Origin: Candidatus Melainabacteria bacterium 17Bon1m
Lineage (GTDB): Bacteria > Cyanobacteriota > Vampirovibrionia > Obscuribacterales > Obscuribacteraceae
Assembly: GCA_032128875.1 (NCBI GenBank)
Contig: JAVLKG010000011.1
Span: 32,001 to 96,000, forward strand
Direction: 5' to 3'
DNA: 64,000 nt
Shown: piece by piece, positions 1 through 10,155 of the stretch
How the letters are laid out: each line of letters opens with the position of its first letter
Numbering within the stretch: the first letter of the stretch is position 1
Translations under genes and position numbers: made by a program
Notes under the pieces: generated by a model
Told to the model about the DNA's origin: nothing
What the model saw: the letters and a program-made list of their open reading frames with translations, nothing else
The model's database searches: none

Positions 1-1
1 C

Positions 2-166
2 GAAGACCAAGTTCAACTGTTTCAACTCTTAGAACCGGAGCGTATTGGCGTGTCATTGAGCGAAGAGTTTATGCTCGTGCCGGAGCAATCGACATCAGCT
101 GTCGTTGTGGTTCATCCTGAAGCTAAATATTTCAACGTAAAACGCCAAGAGTCTCTGATCTCATAA
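2..166 (+). CDS. metH: B12-dependent methionine synthase, C-terminal fragment (truncated by window start)
   Basis: Manual translation EDQVQLFQLLEPERIGVSLSEEFMLVPEQSTSAVVVVHPEAKYFNV...TAA matches the end of the MetH activation domain (PEQSTSA...HPEAKYF). Confidence 0.9.
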   Translation, partial: EDQVQLFQLLEPERIGVSLSEEFMLVPEQSTSAVVVVHPEAKYFNVKRQESLIS

Positions 167-171
167 CTTAA

Positions 172-223
172 GTAGCCGAGCCGCATGCGGCTCCCTGACC
201 GGGAGGTTATATGCCTCCCTTAC
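172..223. repeat. REP-like double palindrome
   Basis: GTAG-CCGAGCCGCATGCGGCTCCCTG-ACC-GGGAGGTTATATGCCTCCCTTAC; GAGCCGCATGCGGCTCCCTG recurs exactly at 56817-56836. Confidence 0.7.
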
Positions 224-744
224 TTAATTGGCACGCGGCTCGCCGGCTCAGATCTCGCATTGTGGCTATCTGGTACCGAAACAAGGTTCTATATATAAGA
301 AATTAGAACTCTCTGAATTGGGAAAGCTACGCCAGGCTGGAATTTTGCGTTTATGCCTCCTTGGTCGAACCCGCGTTTGCGCCGGGCGGTCGAATGGGGC
401 ATACCCATACACGAAAATTGGGCCCCTGTAGACCCCGAAAAGACTATGTATTGGTCTAAAAACCCAGCTGGGTGACGCTCTTGCCTTCGCAACCCCGTCG
501 TCTTGTATCCCCTACCCTGTACATGTTTATAAGCATGGGGGAATTCGGCTATTGAAAAATGGGGGGAGAATGATAACGGGTCCTCCTGCGGGCAGGATTT
601 CCCGAAGAGACCCGAACAGCCAAATAGCGTTTGTCAGCTTGCAGCTCAGTTGCGAGGGCGCCGTTTGCGGTGCTCGCGGCGCCGCCTATATTCATGCCAG
701 GGCGCCTTTCGAAAATAGAGTGTGGATTCAAAGCCGGTGCCAAA

Positions 745-1725
745 ATGAAAGTAAACAGTATCGAAGATGTCGAAAGATTTTTGACCATTCAAGAGCAAGC
801 GTTGGGCTCGAGCAGCCCAGAAGTGGCGATAACACTTCAGCGGTTGGCCGGACTTTATCTCGACCAGGGCGATTTGCTCAAAGCAGAAACGATATACGAA
901 CGCGCGCTCAGCATACTAGAAGTGGCCGCCGCACCTCACCGCGCCAGCGCTGCTGCGGTTGGACAGAAGCTGTATGAGATCAGCCAGAAGAAGAGAGAGA
1001 AGGAAGCTGCTGCGGCACGACGCGGAGGCACGATTCCACCTCATGCGCGCAGAACATTGCAAGATACGCCGCTAACTCTATCCATGGGCGGCATTCCGAC
1101 AGTTGATGCGTACTTCGCAAAAATGAAGTCCACTAACGAACAGCCGCGACTCGGCTCCGCAACAAGCGATCATGAAGAGTTAGGTCTGTCTCACACGGAC
1201 TTGAGCGGTAAGACAGACAAGCCGAAGAAGGTCACCGAATCAATGATCATGGAGGCGCAGTCTGAAATTACACTGCTGCGCCAAATGGTCGGAAGCAAAA
1301 ATGTCTCAGTGGCTGACGCTCTGACAAAACTCGCAGATTTGTACTGTCGCAAAAAAATGTACAAAGAGATGGAGCCTTTGCTCATTGAAGCTCTGCAGAT
1401 TCGCGAAGATACCTTTGGCGAAGAACATCACACCGTCTCGACAGAATTGAAGAATCTTGCGCGCGTGTACATGGCGCAAGAACGCTTTTCAGTTGCAGAG
1501 CCGCTGTTGAAACGTGCGATCAGTATTCGCACCAAAGCATATGGACGCCAACATAGAAGAACCATCGACGCTCTGGAACTTTATGTCAACCTCTTGAAGA
1601 AAACCAACCGATTCGAGAAGGCGGATGAGATTCAACGTCGCATCAATGACCCCAACGACAAGGACGCAATCAGCACGGACACCTCCACCGAGCACGATGT
1701 ATATAAGTTCGACAAAGTGCGGTAG
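745..1725 (+). CDS. TPR-repeat protein (kinesin-light-chain-like TPR_10/12)
   Basis: Repeats such as VADALTKLADLY...EALQIREDTFGEEH and LKNLARVY...RAISIR; start chosen at MKVNS (ORF track opens at 631). Confidence 0.8.
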   Translation: MKVNSIEDVERFLTIQEQALGSSSPEVAITLQRLAGLYLDQGDLLKAETIYERALSILEVAAAPHRASAAAVGQKLYEISQKKREKEAAAARRGGTIPPHARRTLQDTPLTLSMGGIPTVDAYFAKMKSTNEQPRLGSATSDHEELGLSHTDLSGKTDKPKKVTESMIMEAQSEITLLRQMVGSKNVSVADALTKLADLYCRKKMYKEMEPLLIEALQIREDTFGEEHHTVSTELKNLARVYMAQERFSVAEPLLKRAISIRTKAYGRQHRRTIDALELYVNLLKKTNRFEKADEIQRRINDPNDKDAISTDTSTEHDVYKFDKVR

Positions 1726-1778
1726 CCGCCCGCTTGAAAGTCTCTCGTAGGACAAACAACAATTTTCGGTGCAGAAGC

Positions 1779-1805
1779 CTAGCCCGGTTTGAACAACCGG
1801 GCTAG
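1779..1805. terminator. Hairpin, probable terminator
   Basis: CTAGCCCGGTT-TGAAC-AACCGGGCTAG, perfect 11-bp stem downstream of the TPR gene. Confidence 0.55.
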
Positions 1806-1895
1806 TAGCTTGTTTGAGCGCTCCCCAATAATTTCCAAATTGCCAAATACAATTTTTGGCATCAATCCCCTTGCACTCCCTCACATGGAACGACA

Positions 1896-2168
1896 ATGTT
1901 CAACGATTGTCTGTACTCTCAATTGAGAGAATTGTTTCCCGGCAAATGTCGAAGCCGCTCGCTAGAGTCGTTCGAACCTAGCGATATGACGCCATTTATT
2001 GCGCCAGACGGCAGCAAGTTTTACACCGACCAAAGCGGTGACATCATGTATGCCGAGTACGCATCAGGAGCAATCGTCTCCCTGCAACACAGCATTGTCA
2101 CTGCTCGAACCGCTTGCGGCGACCATTGGATCGTCAGCTCAGGTGGTCTCTCCTTCCGCGTCGACTAA
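1896..2168 (+). CDS. Hypothetical protein (90 aa)
   Basis: ATG-initiated ORF filling an intergenic gap with protein-like composition; no family recognised. Confidence 0.5.
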   Translation: MFNDCLYSQLRELFPGKCRSRSLESFEPSDMTPFIAPDGSKFYTDQSGDIMYAEYASGAIVSLQHSIVTARTACGDHWIVSSGGLSFRVD

Positions 2169-2287
2169 GTCCACTGCAAATTTCGCACAAAGTCCGACAC
2201 AAAGTTTTTCCGCGCTGACAACGAGCTGGGCCCCCGGGCCCGGCTTATGTCATTTCACTCGCATTCAGACTCGATTTCTAACGCTTA

Positions 2288-4267
2288 TTACGACTTAGCG
2301 CCGGCTTTTGCTTGCGACTTGTTCTTGATGCGTTTTACGAACTGGCACATATCGTCGTAGCGACCGAAGGATGGGACGACGTATGTTCCTTGGCACAAGG
2401 GACGAAGTTGTTCCAGCAGTTCTTCCGCGAGTTCCAAACCAACCGCAGCGCCCTGGTCGCCTGCCTTTTCCATGGCTTTGCGAACCTTGTCGGGAATCGT
2501 GATGCCGGGCACTTCGTTGTGCAAGTACTCTGCGTGCTTGAAGCTGTGCAGCGGCATAATGCCAACGAGAATTGGAATTTTGCACTCGCCAAATTCATCG
2601 AGGAAGTTGGTGAGGTCGCTCAATTGATACAGTGGTTGCGTCATCGCGAAGTGAGCACCTGCCTCAATTTTCTTGCCGAAACGATCGAGTTCTTGTGCGC
2701 GATTTTCGTGAGTCGGATTGAGCGCGCATGCGATTGATAGCGATGTTGGCGTTCCAATCGAATTGCCTGCAATGTCCAAGCCCTGATTGAGCTGGCTAAT
2801 GATTTTGATCAAACCTACGGAGTCGACGTCATACACTGCAGTCGCATGCACGTAGTTACCCAGTGCAGGCGGGTCGCCAGTAAGTGCAATGACATTGTGA
2901 ATGCCGAGAGCCTGGCAGCCGAGAAGGTCGGCTTGAATGCCCATCAAGTTGCGGTCGCGTGTGGTGAAGTGGATGATGGTTTCGATTCCGACTTTTGTCG
3001 AGATCAATTGGCAGGTCGCGAGCGATGACATACGCACACGAGCCATCGGGCTGTCTCCGACGTTAATTGCGTCTGCGCCTGCTTCTTTCAATGTTTCCGC
3101 CGCTTGCAATATTTTTCTTGCAATAGCGCCTTTGGGTGGATCGAGTTCTACGCTCACATAGAAATCACCATTTTTCGGATTTGCCTTCGCTGCTGTTAAA
3201 CGCGCTGCCAATGCGGGAAGTTCATTGCCTGGCTTGGGTACTTCCTTCTTAGTTTCTGTAGGACGTGTTTTGCCAGAAAGAGAAATCAGTGCTTCTGGTT
3301 TCATCGCAGGCAAATCTTGAGCAGTCGCAGCCGAAGCGGTTTTCTGCGACTCGATGTATTTGTCAAGCTCCGCTCGCATAGCTTTGATGTGATGCGGAGT
3401 CGTACCACAACATCCACCAATCAAGCGCGCACCCGCTCGCACGTATGGCTCAACATAAGATGCGCAGTAATCAGGTCCTGACATAAATTGATATCTGCCG
3501 CCGCTCAAGCTCGGCTGACCTGCGTTGGGTAAGCATGAATAGTTGAGCTTCGCAGGGTCTACACCACGCTCTTTCAAAGCATGAGACATGCGCAGAAGCG
3601 AATCAAATACTGGTCCCGGACCCGCACCGCAATTGATACCAATGACGTCAGGTGCATCTGCGCCTAACTCGACGAAAAGCTTCACCACATCTTCCGGTGT
3701 CACGCCCAAAAGTGTGTGACCATCTGGGGAGAAACTCATTTGTGCGACGACTGGAAGTTTTGAAACAGCTCTGGCCGCACGAACGGCAATGGCTGTTTCT
3801 TCCAGCGAGGACATTGTTTCGATCATAAACAAATCCACGCCGCCCGCCAAAAGCGCTTCCATTTGCTCTGTAAATGCGTCCTTCAGATCATTGGCGGTTA
3901 CATCACCAATAGGAGCCATCAATTTGCCCGTAGGTCCGACCGAACCTGCGACAAACACCGGTTGCCCGCCGACCTCTCGCGCGTTTCTTGCAACCTTGGC
4001 TGCCCACAAATTGATTTTGTGAGTTTCCGCCTCAAGACCGAACGATGCCAATCTGTACCTGTTGGCAGAGAAAGAGTTTGTCTCGATAACATCAGCACCC
4101 GCGTTGATGTAATCGATGTGGACCTTTTGAATCTCATCCTGCTTGGTCAGGTTGAGGTGCTCGAAGCTTGCTTCCGGGGATGCGCCCCGAGCATAAAGCA
4201 GTGTGCCTATGCCTCCATCTGCAAGTAGAGGTCTTTTCGCGAGCTCTTTGAGGAAGGGATGCGTCAT
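2288..4267 (-). CDS. yitJ: Bifunctional homocysteine S-methyltransferase / 5,10-methylenetetrahydrofolate reductase
   Basis: DGGIGT, GINCG, GGCCGTTP (Zn Hcy-MT domain) then ELDPP, DRNLMG, TGDP, TQP (MTHFR domain); start MTHPF follows GGAG. Confidence 0.92.
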   Translation of the reverse strand: MTHPFLKELAKRPLLADGGIGTLLYARGASPEASFEHLNLTKQDEIQKVHIDYINAGADVIETNSFSANRYRLASFGLEAETHKINLWAAKVARNAREVGGQPVFVAGSVGPTGKLMAPIGDVTANDLKDAFTEQMEALLAGGVDLFMIETMSSLEETAIAVRAARAVSKLPVVAQMSFSPDGHTLLGVTPEDVVKLFVELGADAPDVIGINCGAGPGPVFDSLLRMSHALKERGVDPAKLNYSCLPNAGQPSLSGGRYQFMSGPDYCASYVEPYVRAGARLIGGCCGTTPHHIKAMRAELDKYIESQKTASAATAQDLPAMKPEALISLSGKTRPTETKKEVPKPGNELPALAARLTAAKANPKNGDFYVSVELDPPKGAIARKILQAAETLKEAGADAINVGDSPMARVRMSSLATCQLISTKVGIETIIHFTTRDRNLMGIQADLLGCQALGIHNVIALTGDPPALGNYVHATAVYDVDSVGLIKIISQLNQGLDIAGNSIGTPTSLSIACALNPTHENRAQELDRFGKKIEAGAHFAMTQPLYQLSDLTNFLDEFGECKIPILVGIMPLHSFKHAEYLHNEVPGITIPDKVRKAMEKAGDQGAAVGLELAEELLEQLRPLCQGTYVVPSFGRYDDMCQFVKRIKNKSQAKAGAKS

Positions 4268-4693
4268 GTGTCTCCGGGTTTCTTTCTTTGGCATAACTCA
4301 GGTTGTCGGGTGAAGGTCTGGAAGTAATTGTCGCCGGCGGTCGCCAATGGTTACCAGAGCGGAAATTGTGCTCCACGCGCCCGAGAGGACGCCAAGCCCA
4401 ACTACACCCTAAAATCGAATTTTAACACGCCGTTAAGGAGCTATGAGACGGGCGCCTGCCTGCGTTACGGAACATCTCACAGCCCCCGAAAGACCGCGCC
4501 CGACCAAATAGAGCAACGGGTTAGTGTGGTTTTATTGCTGATTTCTTGTCAAAACCTTCAGGTGGGCACCTGGCGGGCTTTTCCCTGATATCATACGGTT
4601 TGTTTAGACCACAGGCGCGCGCTCTGGTCTTTGTGAAGCCGCGCTAATAAGAGCTAACGCGTTTAACTCCCAGCAAATTTTATTTGGATCCCA

Positions 4694-6499
4694 GTGACAG
4701 CCGACCCTAATCTCATCCGCAACTTTTCCATCATCGCCCACATCGACCATGGCAAATCGACGCTGGCCGATCGTTTGTTGGAATACACCAAGACTATCGC
4801 CAAGCGCGACATGCAGGCTCAAATCCTCGACACCATGGATATCGAGCGCGAGCGCGGCATCACCATCAAAGCGCAGCCGGCGCGAATGGAATACACGGCG
4901 CAGGATGGCAAGCAATATATTTTGAATCTGATCGACACGCCTGGGCACGTCGACTTCGGTTATGAAGTCTCACGCAGTCTTGCTGCATGCGAAGGCGCGT
5001 TGCTAGTAGTTGATTCTAGTCAGGGCGTTGAAGCGCAAACTTTGGCAAACGTCCACCTTGCGGTGGAGAACAATTTGGAAATCGTGCCAATTATCAACAA
5101 GATCGACTTGCCTAGTGCCGATCCTGAGCGCATCCGCGCTGAGATTGAAGAAGTTATCGGGCTTGATGCCAGCCATGCTGTTTTGGCTTCGGCAAAGAAT
5201 CATATCGGTATTGAAGAAACCCTCGAAGCGATCGTGAATTTCATAGGACCCCCGCAAAATACAGTCGACAAGCCGCTTCGCGCGCTTGTATTTGACAGCT
5301 ATTTTGAAAGCTATCGCGGCATCATCGTTTATTTCCGCGTTAAAGATGGCGAAATCAAAATGGGCGACAAGATTCGCTTCATGAATAACAAGTCCGATTT
5401 CGAGGTCACGGAGTTGGGCGTTCTGCGTCCACAGCAGTACAAGGTCGACAGATTAGGACCCGGTGAAGTAGGTTATCTCGCCGCGTCTATCAAAGACGTA
5501 GCGACGCTCGTCGGCGATACGATTACACTCCAGGACAGACCTGCACCCGAGCCATTGCCGGGTTATCGCCCCGCAAAGCCGATGGTTTTCGCCGGACTCT
5601 ATCCAGTCGACAACGAGCAGTATCCGGATCTCCGCGAAGCGCTCGAAAAGCTGATTCTCAATGACTCTTCCTTGCAGTACGAACCAGAAACTTCCGAGGC
5701 GCTCGGTTTCGGATTTCGTTGTGGATTCCTTGGTTTGCTGCACATGGAAATCATTCAGGAGCGTCTTGAGCGCGAGTACGACTTGCGACTGATTACGACG
5801 GCTCCCTCAGTTGTATATCGCGTGACGAAGACAGATGGCAGTGTTCTTATGATTGAGAACCCTGCATTTTTGCCCGATCCAAACTATCGTACGATGATTG
5901 AAGAGCCATACGTGTCTGCTTCAATCATGGTGCCGAATGACTTCGTCGGGCAGATTATGGAACTCTGCCAGGGGCGCCGCGGTATCTTCCAAGATATGAA
6001 GTACTTGGATCCGCGTCGTGCGATGCTGCATTACGAGCTGCCTTTGGCAGAAATCATCACTGATTTCTTCGACCAATTGAAGTCGCGTTCTCGCGGTTAT
6101 GCAAGTCTCGATTATCACTTTCATGAGTACCGTGAATCCAATCTCGTGAAGCTGGATATTCTCATCAGCGGCGAACCTTGTGATGCCCTCTCTGCGATTG
6201 TTCACCGTGAGCGCGCTGCAAGTTATGGTCGTTTGCTTGCAGAGAAATTGAAAAAGCTTATCCCCAGACAGATGTTTGAAGTTCCGATTCAAGCGGCAAT
6301 CGGCGGCAAGATTATTGCGCGTGAAACAGTTTCAGCCCAGCGCAAAGACGTTTTGTCGAAGTGCTACGGTGGTGACATCTCCCGTAAGCGCAAACTCTTG
6401 GAAAAACAAAAAGAAGGTAAGAAGCGGATGAAGTCCGTTGGACGCGTCGAGATTCCGCAGGAAGCATTTATGGCTGTGCTCAAGCTTGAGGAAGACTAA
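4694..6499 (+). CDS. lepA: Elongation factor 4 (LepA)
   Basis: [53 protein letters not shown]. Confidence 0.99.
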   Translation: MTADPNLIRNFSIIAHIDHGKSTLADRLLEYTKTIAKRDMQAQILDTMDIERERGITIKAQPARMEYTAQDGKQYILNLIDTPGHVDFGYEVSRSLAACEGALLVVDSSQGVEAQTLANVHLAVENNLEIVPIINKIDLPSADPERIRAEIEEVIGLDASHAVLASAKNHIGIEETLEAIVNFIGPPQNTVDKPLRALVFDSYFESYRGIIVYFRVKDGEIKMGDKIRFMNNKSDFEVTELGVLRPQQYKVDRLGPGEVGYLAASIKDVATLVGDTITLQDRPAPEPLPGYRPAKPMVFAGLYPVDNEQYPDLREALEKLILNDSSLQYEPETSEALGFGFRCGFLGLLHMEIIQERLEREYDLRLITTAPSVVYRVTKTDGSVLMIENPAFLPDPNYRTMIEEPYVSASIMVPNDFVGQIMELCQGRRGIFQDMKYLDPRRAMLHYELPLAEIITDFFDQLKSRSRGYASLDYHFHEYRESNLVKLDILISGEPCDALSAIVHRERAASYGRLLAEKLKKLIPRQMFEVPIQAAIGGKIIARETVSAQRKDVLSKCYGGDISRKRKLLEKQKEGKKRMKSVGRVEIPQEAFMAVLKLEED

Positions 6500-7533
6500 T
6501 GCCCAAGGGCAAATCCGGTAAATCGGGCGACGATAAGCCAAAGAAGTCGGCGGCGAAAAAATCGGAACCTAAACCATCTGAGCAAGAACATTTGCAAGCG
6601 CAGAAGTTTATTGATGCTGGCGGCGGTGAGCCGGAAGTTTTTGATGAGGAAATCCAACTCGAGGATTCTCGCGTTTTCAAAATGCTGCAGGGACTACAGC
6701 TCTCTCCAGAGGAAGCACGTGAAGCAGCTGTCAGGCAGCGTAACTTGCTTATTGAATCCTGGAACACTCGCGATGAGCTTTACCGCGAATTATTCGGCGA
6801 GCCTAGATACGTAACTCCTGGTCCCTATGCACCGCCACCGGTGCTAAAGGCTGAGGATGTTATTTTGCCTGAGGATCAAGTAGAGCGCGGCGAAACTGGT
6901 GATCCTGGAAATCCTAATCTCGACGAGCAGCACCTCAATATCCTCGTCTACGCACCGGATCCGACACGCCCTTACTGGACCTATGTCACCGCTGGATTGA
7001 GCAGTCCCTGGCTGCAAGATGCACCTGCGGAAGTTACTGGCTTTGGCTGCGAGATCATGATTAAGACAAAGGAAGATATGCCATGGGCTGCGCAAATTCT
7101 TCGCACCCTGGCGTTCTACATTCTCAATCATGCCGGCACCCTATCGCCTGGTGTTCGAATAGATTTGAACGGACCGATCATTCCGGGCTCCAACTCGAAG
7201 CTCAGTAACATCTTTATTTGGTATCCAGACGATGCACCTGATTGTTGGTATTACCTACCTTCTGGTGGCTTCGGTTTGTTCATAGCTATCGGCATCACGC
7301 CAGACGAAAGACAATTCGCAGAGTCCATTGAAGAATATGGCACTTGGTGCATCCAACAAGTACTTCGCCAGATGGGACACGATCAAGTCACCGATCCTTA
7401 TCGCGGCACGGTTATGGATCAAGAAGGAATTGGCCTTGCTTTGTTGAAGACAAAATCCTTCGCAGATAACTTCCGTGCGAATGTTGCATACGGTAGTGAA
7501 CCCTCATATGGCAATGAGTCTTTTGAGTCGTAA
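6499..7533 (+). CDS. Suppressor-of-fused (SUFU)-domain protein
   Basis: WTYVTAGLS...GFGCE...WAAQIL...GITPDE pattern typical of bacterial SUFU domains; TAATG overlap with lepA. Confidence 0.7.
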   Translation: MPKGKSGKSGDDKPKKSAAKKSEPKPSEQEHLQAQKFIDAGGGEPEVFDEEIQLEDSRVFKMLQGLQLSPEEAREAAVRQRNLLIESWNTRDELYRELFGEPRYVTPGPYAPPPVLKAEDVILPEDQVERGETGDPGNPNLDEQHLNILVYAPDPTRPYWTYVTAGLSSPWLQDAPAEVTGFGCEIMIKTKEDMPWAAQILRTLAFYILNHAGTLSPGVRIDLNGPIIPGSNSKLSNIFIWYPDDAPDCWYYLPSGGFGLFIAIGITPDERQFAESIEEYGTWCIQQVLRQMGHDQVTDPYRGTVMDQEGIGLALLKTKSFADNFRANVAYGSEPSYGNESFES

Positions 7534-7538
7534 GCGCC

Positions 7539-7865
7539 GTGTCCAATCGCGAAGACGATGAAGATAACTTCAAACAGTGGCTTGGCGGAAGAGTTCAAGA
7601 CGCAAAACTTACGCCTGGCGAGGTAGAGGAATTCACATCATGGTTGATGTCGCGTTCGTGCGAGACCAAACATGAGGGAACTAAAGTTTCCTTCAAAGAA
7701 GTTTTGGAACTTGCCTCCTGGTTTGGCAGCCGCATGACGAGCGTGTTCTTCAAAGGCGATGAGCGCAAAGAGCTTTCCGGCTGGTTGTCTGATCGCCTTC
7801 AATCGCACAGCTGTCTCAGCGAAGACGAACTCAAACAAATTCAAGACGAACTCCGTGAGAAGTAA
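7539..7865 (+). CDS. Hypothetical acidic helical protein (108 aa)
   Basis: Starts 5 nt after the SUFU gene; repeated (F/L)xxW(L/F)xxR motif. Confidence 0.6.
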   Translation: MSNREDDEDNFKQWLGGRVQDAKLTPGEVEEFTSWLMSRSCETKHEGTKVSFKEVLELASWFGSRMTSVFFKGDERKELSGWLSDRLQSHSCLSEDELKQIQDELREK

Positions 7866-7884
7866 TAACTGTCCGCGTTTGACT

Positions 7885-7908
7885 TAGGGTCGACGCCATA
7901 CGTCGACC
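7885..7908. repeat. REP-like palindrome
   Basis: TAGGGTCGACGCCATACGTCGACC between convergent genes; similar to 17901, 18214 (reverse) and 55356. Confidence 0.6.
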
Positions 7909-7914
7909 ACACTC

Positions 7915-8157
7915 CTAGCGGACGTTCTGCTCTTCATCTTTACGCTTTGCCCACTTACCCATAAGCTCACAGGCGACCGCAACCATGTCGGGGTCAAACT
8001 CTGAGATGTAATCTCGATAGTCGTCGAATTTTGGGTCGGACTTCAAAGTTTCAAAAATGTCGTGCTCCGATTGCCCACTTGCGAGCAGCTCGAGAAGTGC
8101 GTCTTGGAACTTTGCTAGCGTTTCCTCCTCGTTCGCTTTTATTTCTTTATCAGGCAT
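7915..8157 (-). CDS. Small protein coupled to DUF692, putative MNIO partner (80 aa)
   Basis: ATG overlaps the DUF692 stop (ATGCCTGA); N-terminal LAKFQDALLELL recalls DUF2063-type partner N-termini. Confidence 0.7.
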   Translation of the reverse strand: MPDKEIKANEEETLAKFQDALLELLASGQSEHDIFETLKSDPKFDDYRDYISEFDPDMVAVACELMGKWAKRKDEEQNVR

Positions 8158-9028
8158 AGCAGAACTCCAAAATTTCTTCCATCGTTTCGAAGTCTTCGCG
8201 GAATTCTTCTTGTGCTTCAGGTTCCATCATCGTGTAACCGAGTCTTTCCATAATCACAAATTCAATGTTGGGACACAGTTTCAGTGCAAGCGTTGCGAGA
8301 TTGAAAACCTCCTGAGGCACGGCATCATCGTGCGTATCACGGCGCACAGCAGCTCGTTTACCCGATATGGAATGGCTCCATGTGCCGCCGGAGAGATGAA
8401 TTTCGCGTACTTTAGCCAGCGGATATGAGTTCAAAAGTTCTAGCTCTGCGACGCCAAAATTTGCTAATTGGCAGTAAATATTGTGCAAGTCTAATAGCAA
8501 GAAACCATCTACCGCGGAAATCAATTGGTCGATAAAATCTCCCTGCCTTTTCACATCTTCGAGGCTGAATGCAAATGCTAGATTCTCCAGTCCCACCGGG
8601 CATTGCGTTGCATCAGCGTAGCGCTTCAGCATCTCCTTGCCTTTGCGCAAGGACTCGGCATTCATTGGTACCGCAAGTGGTGCACCCTGCGCAATTGGTC
8701 CTGCTTCTGAAAAACCAAAATGCTCTGATGCATGAACATATTTTCGAGCCTTGAATTCTTCTCTTGCGTTATCGAGCCATTTCTCTTGGCGTTGTGAAAA
8801 CCGTGCAGAAAGTGGCGATAGATTGACACCGTGCCCTGTCAAAGCCTTCTTCGCGCTGAATTCGTCGAGTATTTTGATACACCATTCGCTGACTTGTGCA
8901 CCATTCCATGAAAAGTCAAAACTCCACTCGATTGCTTTTACTTGCCCGTTTTGAAACAGCGGAACCGTCGCCTGCTCGAAGTCTTCCGTCGGCATCAACG
9001 ATAGTCCAAGTTTAGGTTTGTATTGCAT
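8150..9028 (-). CDS. DUF692 family multinuclear non-heme iron oxidative enzyme (MNIO; MbnB/TglH/ChrH family)
   Basis: Metal-ligand motifs HGVNLS, SEHFGF, GLENL, LLLDLHN, EIHLSGG, DTHD, IMER in a ~290 aa TIM-barrel-sized ORF. Confidence 0.93.
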   Translation of the reverse strand: MQYKPKLGLSLMPTEDFEQATVPLFQNGQVKAIEWSFDFSWNGAQVSEWCIKILDEFSAKKALTGHGVNLSPLSARFSQRQEKWLDNAREEFKARKYVHASEHFGFSEAGPIAQGAPLAVPMNAESLRKGKEMLKRYADATQCPVGLENLAFAFSLEDVKRQGDFIDQLISAVDGFLLLDLHNIYCQLANFGVAELELLNSYPLAKVREIHLSGGTWSHSISGKRAAVRRDTHDDAVPQEVFNLATLALKLCPNIEFVIMERLGYTMMEPEAQEEFREDFETMEEILEFCYA

Positions 9029-9058
9029 CCGTCCACCTGGTCTCGTTCTGCGAAATAC

Positions 9059-10078
9059 CTAACCCATACCGCAATCTACGGCATACATATCTTGCTGTAA
9101 AGTCCACCATCTCAGGTGACCGCAAGCACCGTCAACTGGATAGAGTATTTTTTCATCTCTAATCCCAACCAAGTTATACAGGACATTTTTTTCGCTATCA
9201 GCGAGTGACTTCTTCCCAAGTTGCTCGTACCAGAGTGCCATATCTCGGTGCATCTTTCGCCTAAGATGTTGATCTGGTCCTAGGCGATCTGCAAGTGTGA
9301 TTGCTCTTAACCGGAGCTTTTCGCTTTTGTTGAAGTCGCTTTTAGTAAATGGATTAACATGTATTTTTCGCTCGCCGATTGCGCTTTTCGGCTCCCTATC
9401 CGTAATGCTGATCGGAATAATGTCCATTGCAAGCAAGTTCAATGCGGTGCATGCAGATTCAATTTCTTGTATGTCGATTTGCGTCTTTGCCTCACAAGTT
9501 TTAACTGCATCATCAATGCGAGTTTTGCATTCCGAAATTCCAGTAGTGTTTTCAGTTTTCTCGTAAATTCGCATGGCGATAAAGCATATTATCAACTTCG
9601 AGTACTTGTCTGTCATCGCATCTAGTTGCGACACTGCTAGATCGATTGCGGAATTTGCCAAAGCTCTATTTTGCTTCTTCTCTTCAGTGTTCGTTTTATG
9701 CGGCTCTGGCTTATTGTCTTTGAAAACAAAGAAAAATTTTCCTGTAAAAACATCTTGCGCCCAGCCATCAAGGGTGTTTCTGAATCTTCTGGGAATTTGG
9801 AAGGCTTTCGTTTGGTTCGCTAGTTCAGAAAATCTCGCTTCAAGATCTTTCTTATCGCATCCAGCCAAATAGTCTCTTGCAAGTGTCAGTAGAAAGAATG
9901 CTCTTATTTCAGGAGACAGATGTGAATTGTTGGCGATTTTTTGTCCGATGAGAGAATGTGACTCTGATTTGTTCTCGTTCGCTGCACTGACAGGTAGGAG
10001 TGCATTAAGTAGGCTGCTTGCAAAGACAATTGCTAGTAACGCCTTTTTCTGCCGTTCGTTTTTGCTGGGTGTTTTCAA
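9059..10078 (-). CDS. Secreted helical protein with C-terminal CGHxxWW...CGMG core, putative MNIO substrate (paralog 5)
   Basis: Signal-peptide-like N-terminus; ends YPVDGACGHLRWWTLQQDMYAVDCGMG; paralogous to the next four ORFs. Confidence 0.8.
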   Translation of the reverse strand: MKTPSKNERQKKALLAIVFASSLLNALLPVSAANENKSESHSLIGQKIANNSHLSPEIRAFFLLTLARDYLAGCDKKDLEARFSELANQTKAFQIPRRFRNTLDGWAQDVFTGKFFFVFKDNKPEPHKTNTEEKKQNRALANSAIDLAVSQLDAMTDKYSKLIICFIAMRIYEKTENTTGISECKTRIDDAVKTCEAKTQIDIQEIESACTALNLLAMDIIPISITDREPKSAIGERKIHVNPFTKSDFNKSEKLRLRAITLADRLGPDQHLRRKMHRDMALWYEQLGKKSLADSEKNVLYNLVGIRDEKILYPVDGACGHLRWWTLQQDMYAVDCGMG

Positions 10079-10155
10079 AGTCTAAAACCTAATCACACTT
10101 TGTCCGTTTGATTTTGGAGTCGCAGCGAAGCAGAGATACTTCCCTTCATTCTATG

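Noticed and set aside
228-600. Short ORFs or an ncRNA between metH and the TPR gene
   Set aside because: The overlapping 67-79 aa ORFs on both strands lack motifs, and no recognisable RNA structure is present beyond the REP-like palindromes.
4268-4693. SAM/SAH riboswitch upstream of yitJ
   Set aside because: I could not match the conserved SAM-I or SAH elements by eye; an Rfam/Infernal scan is needed to exclude one.
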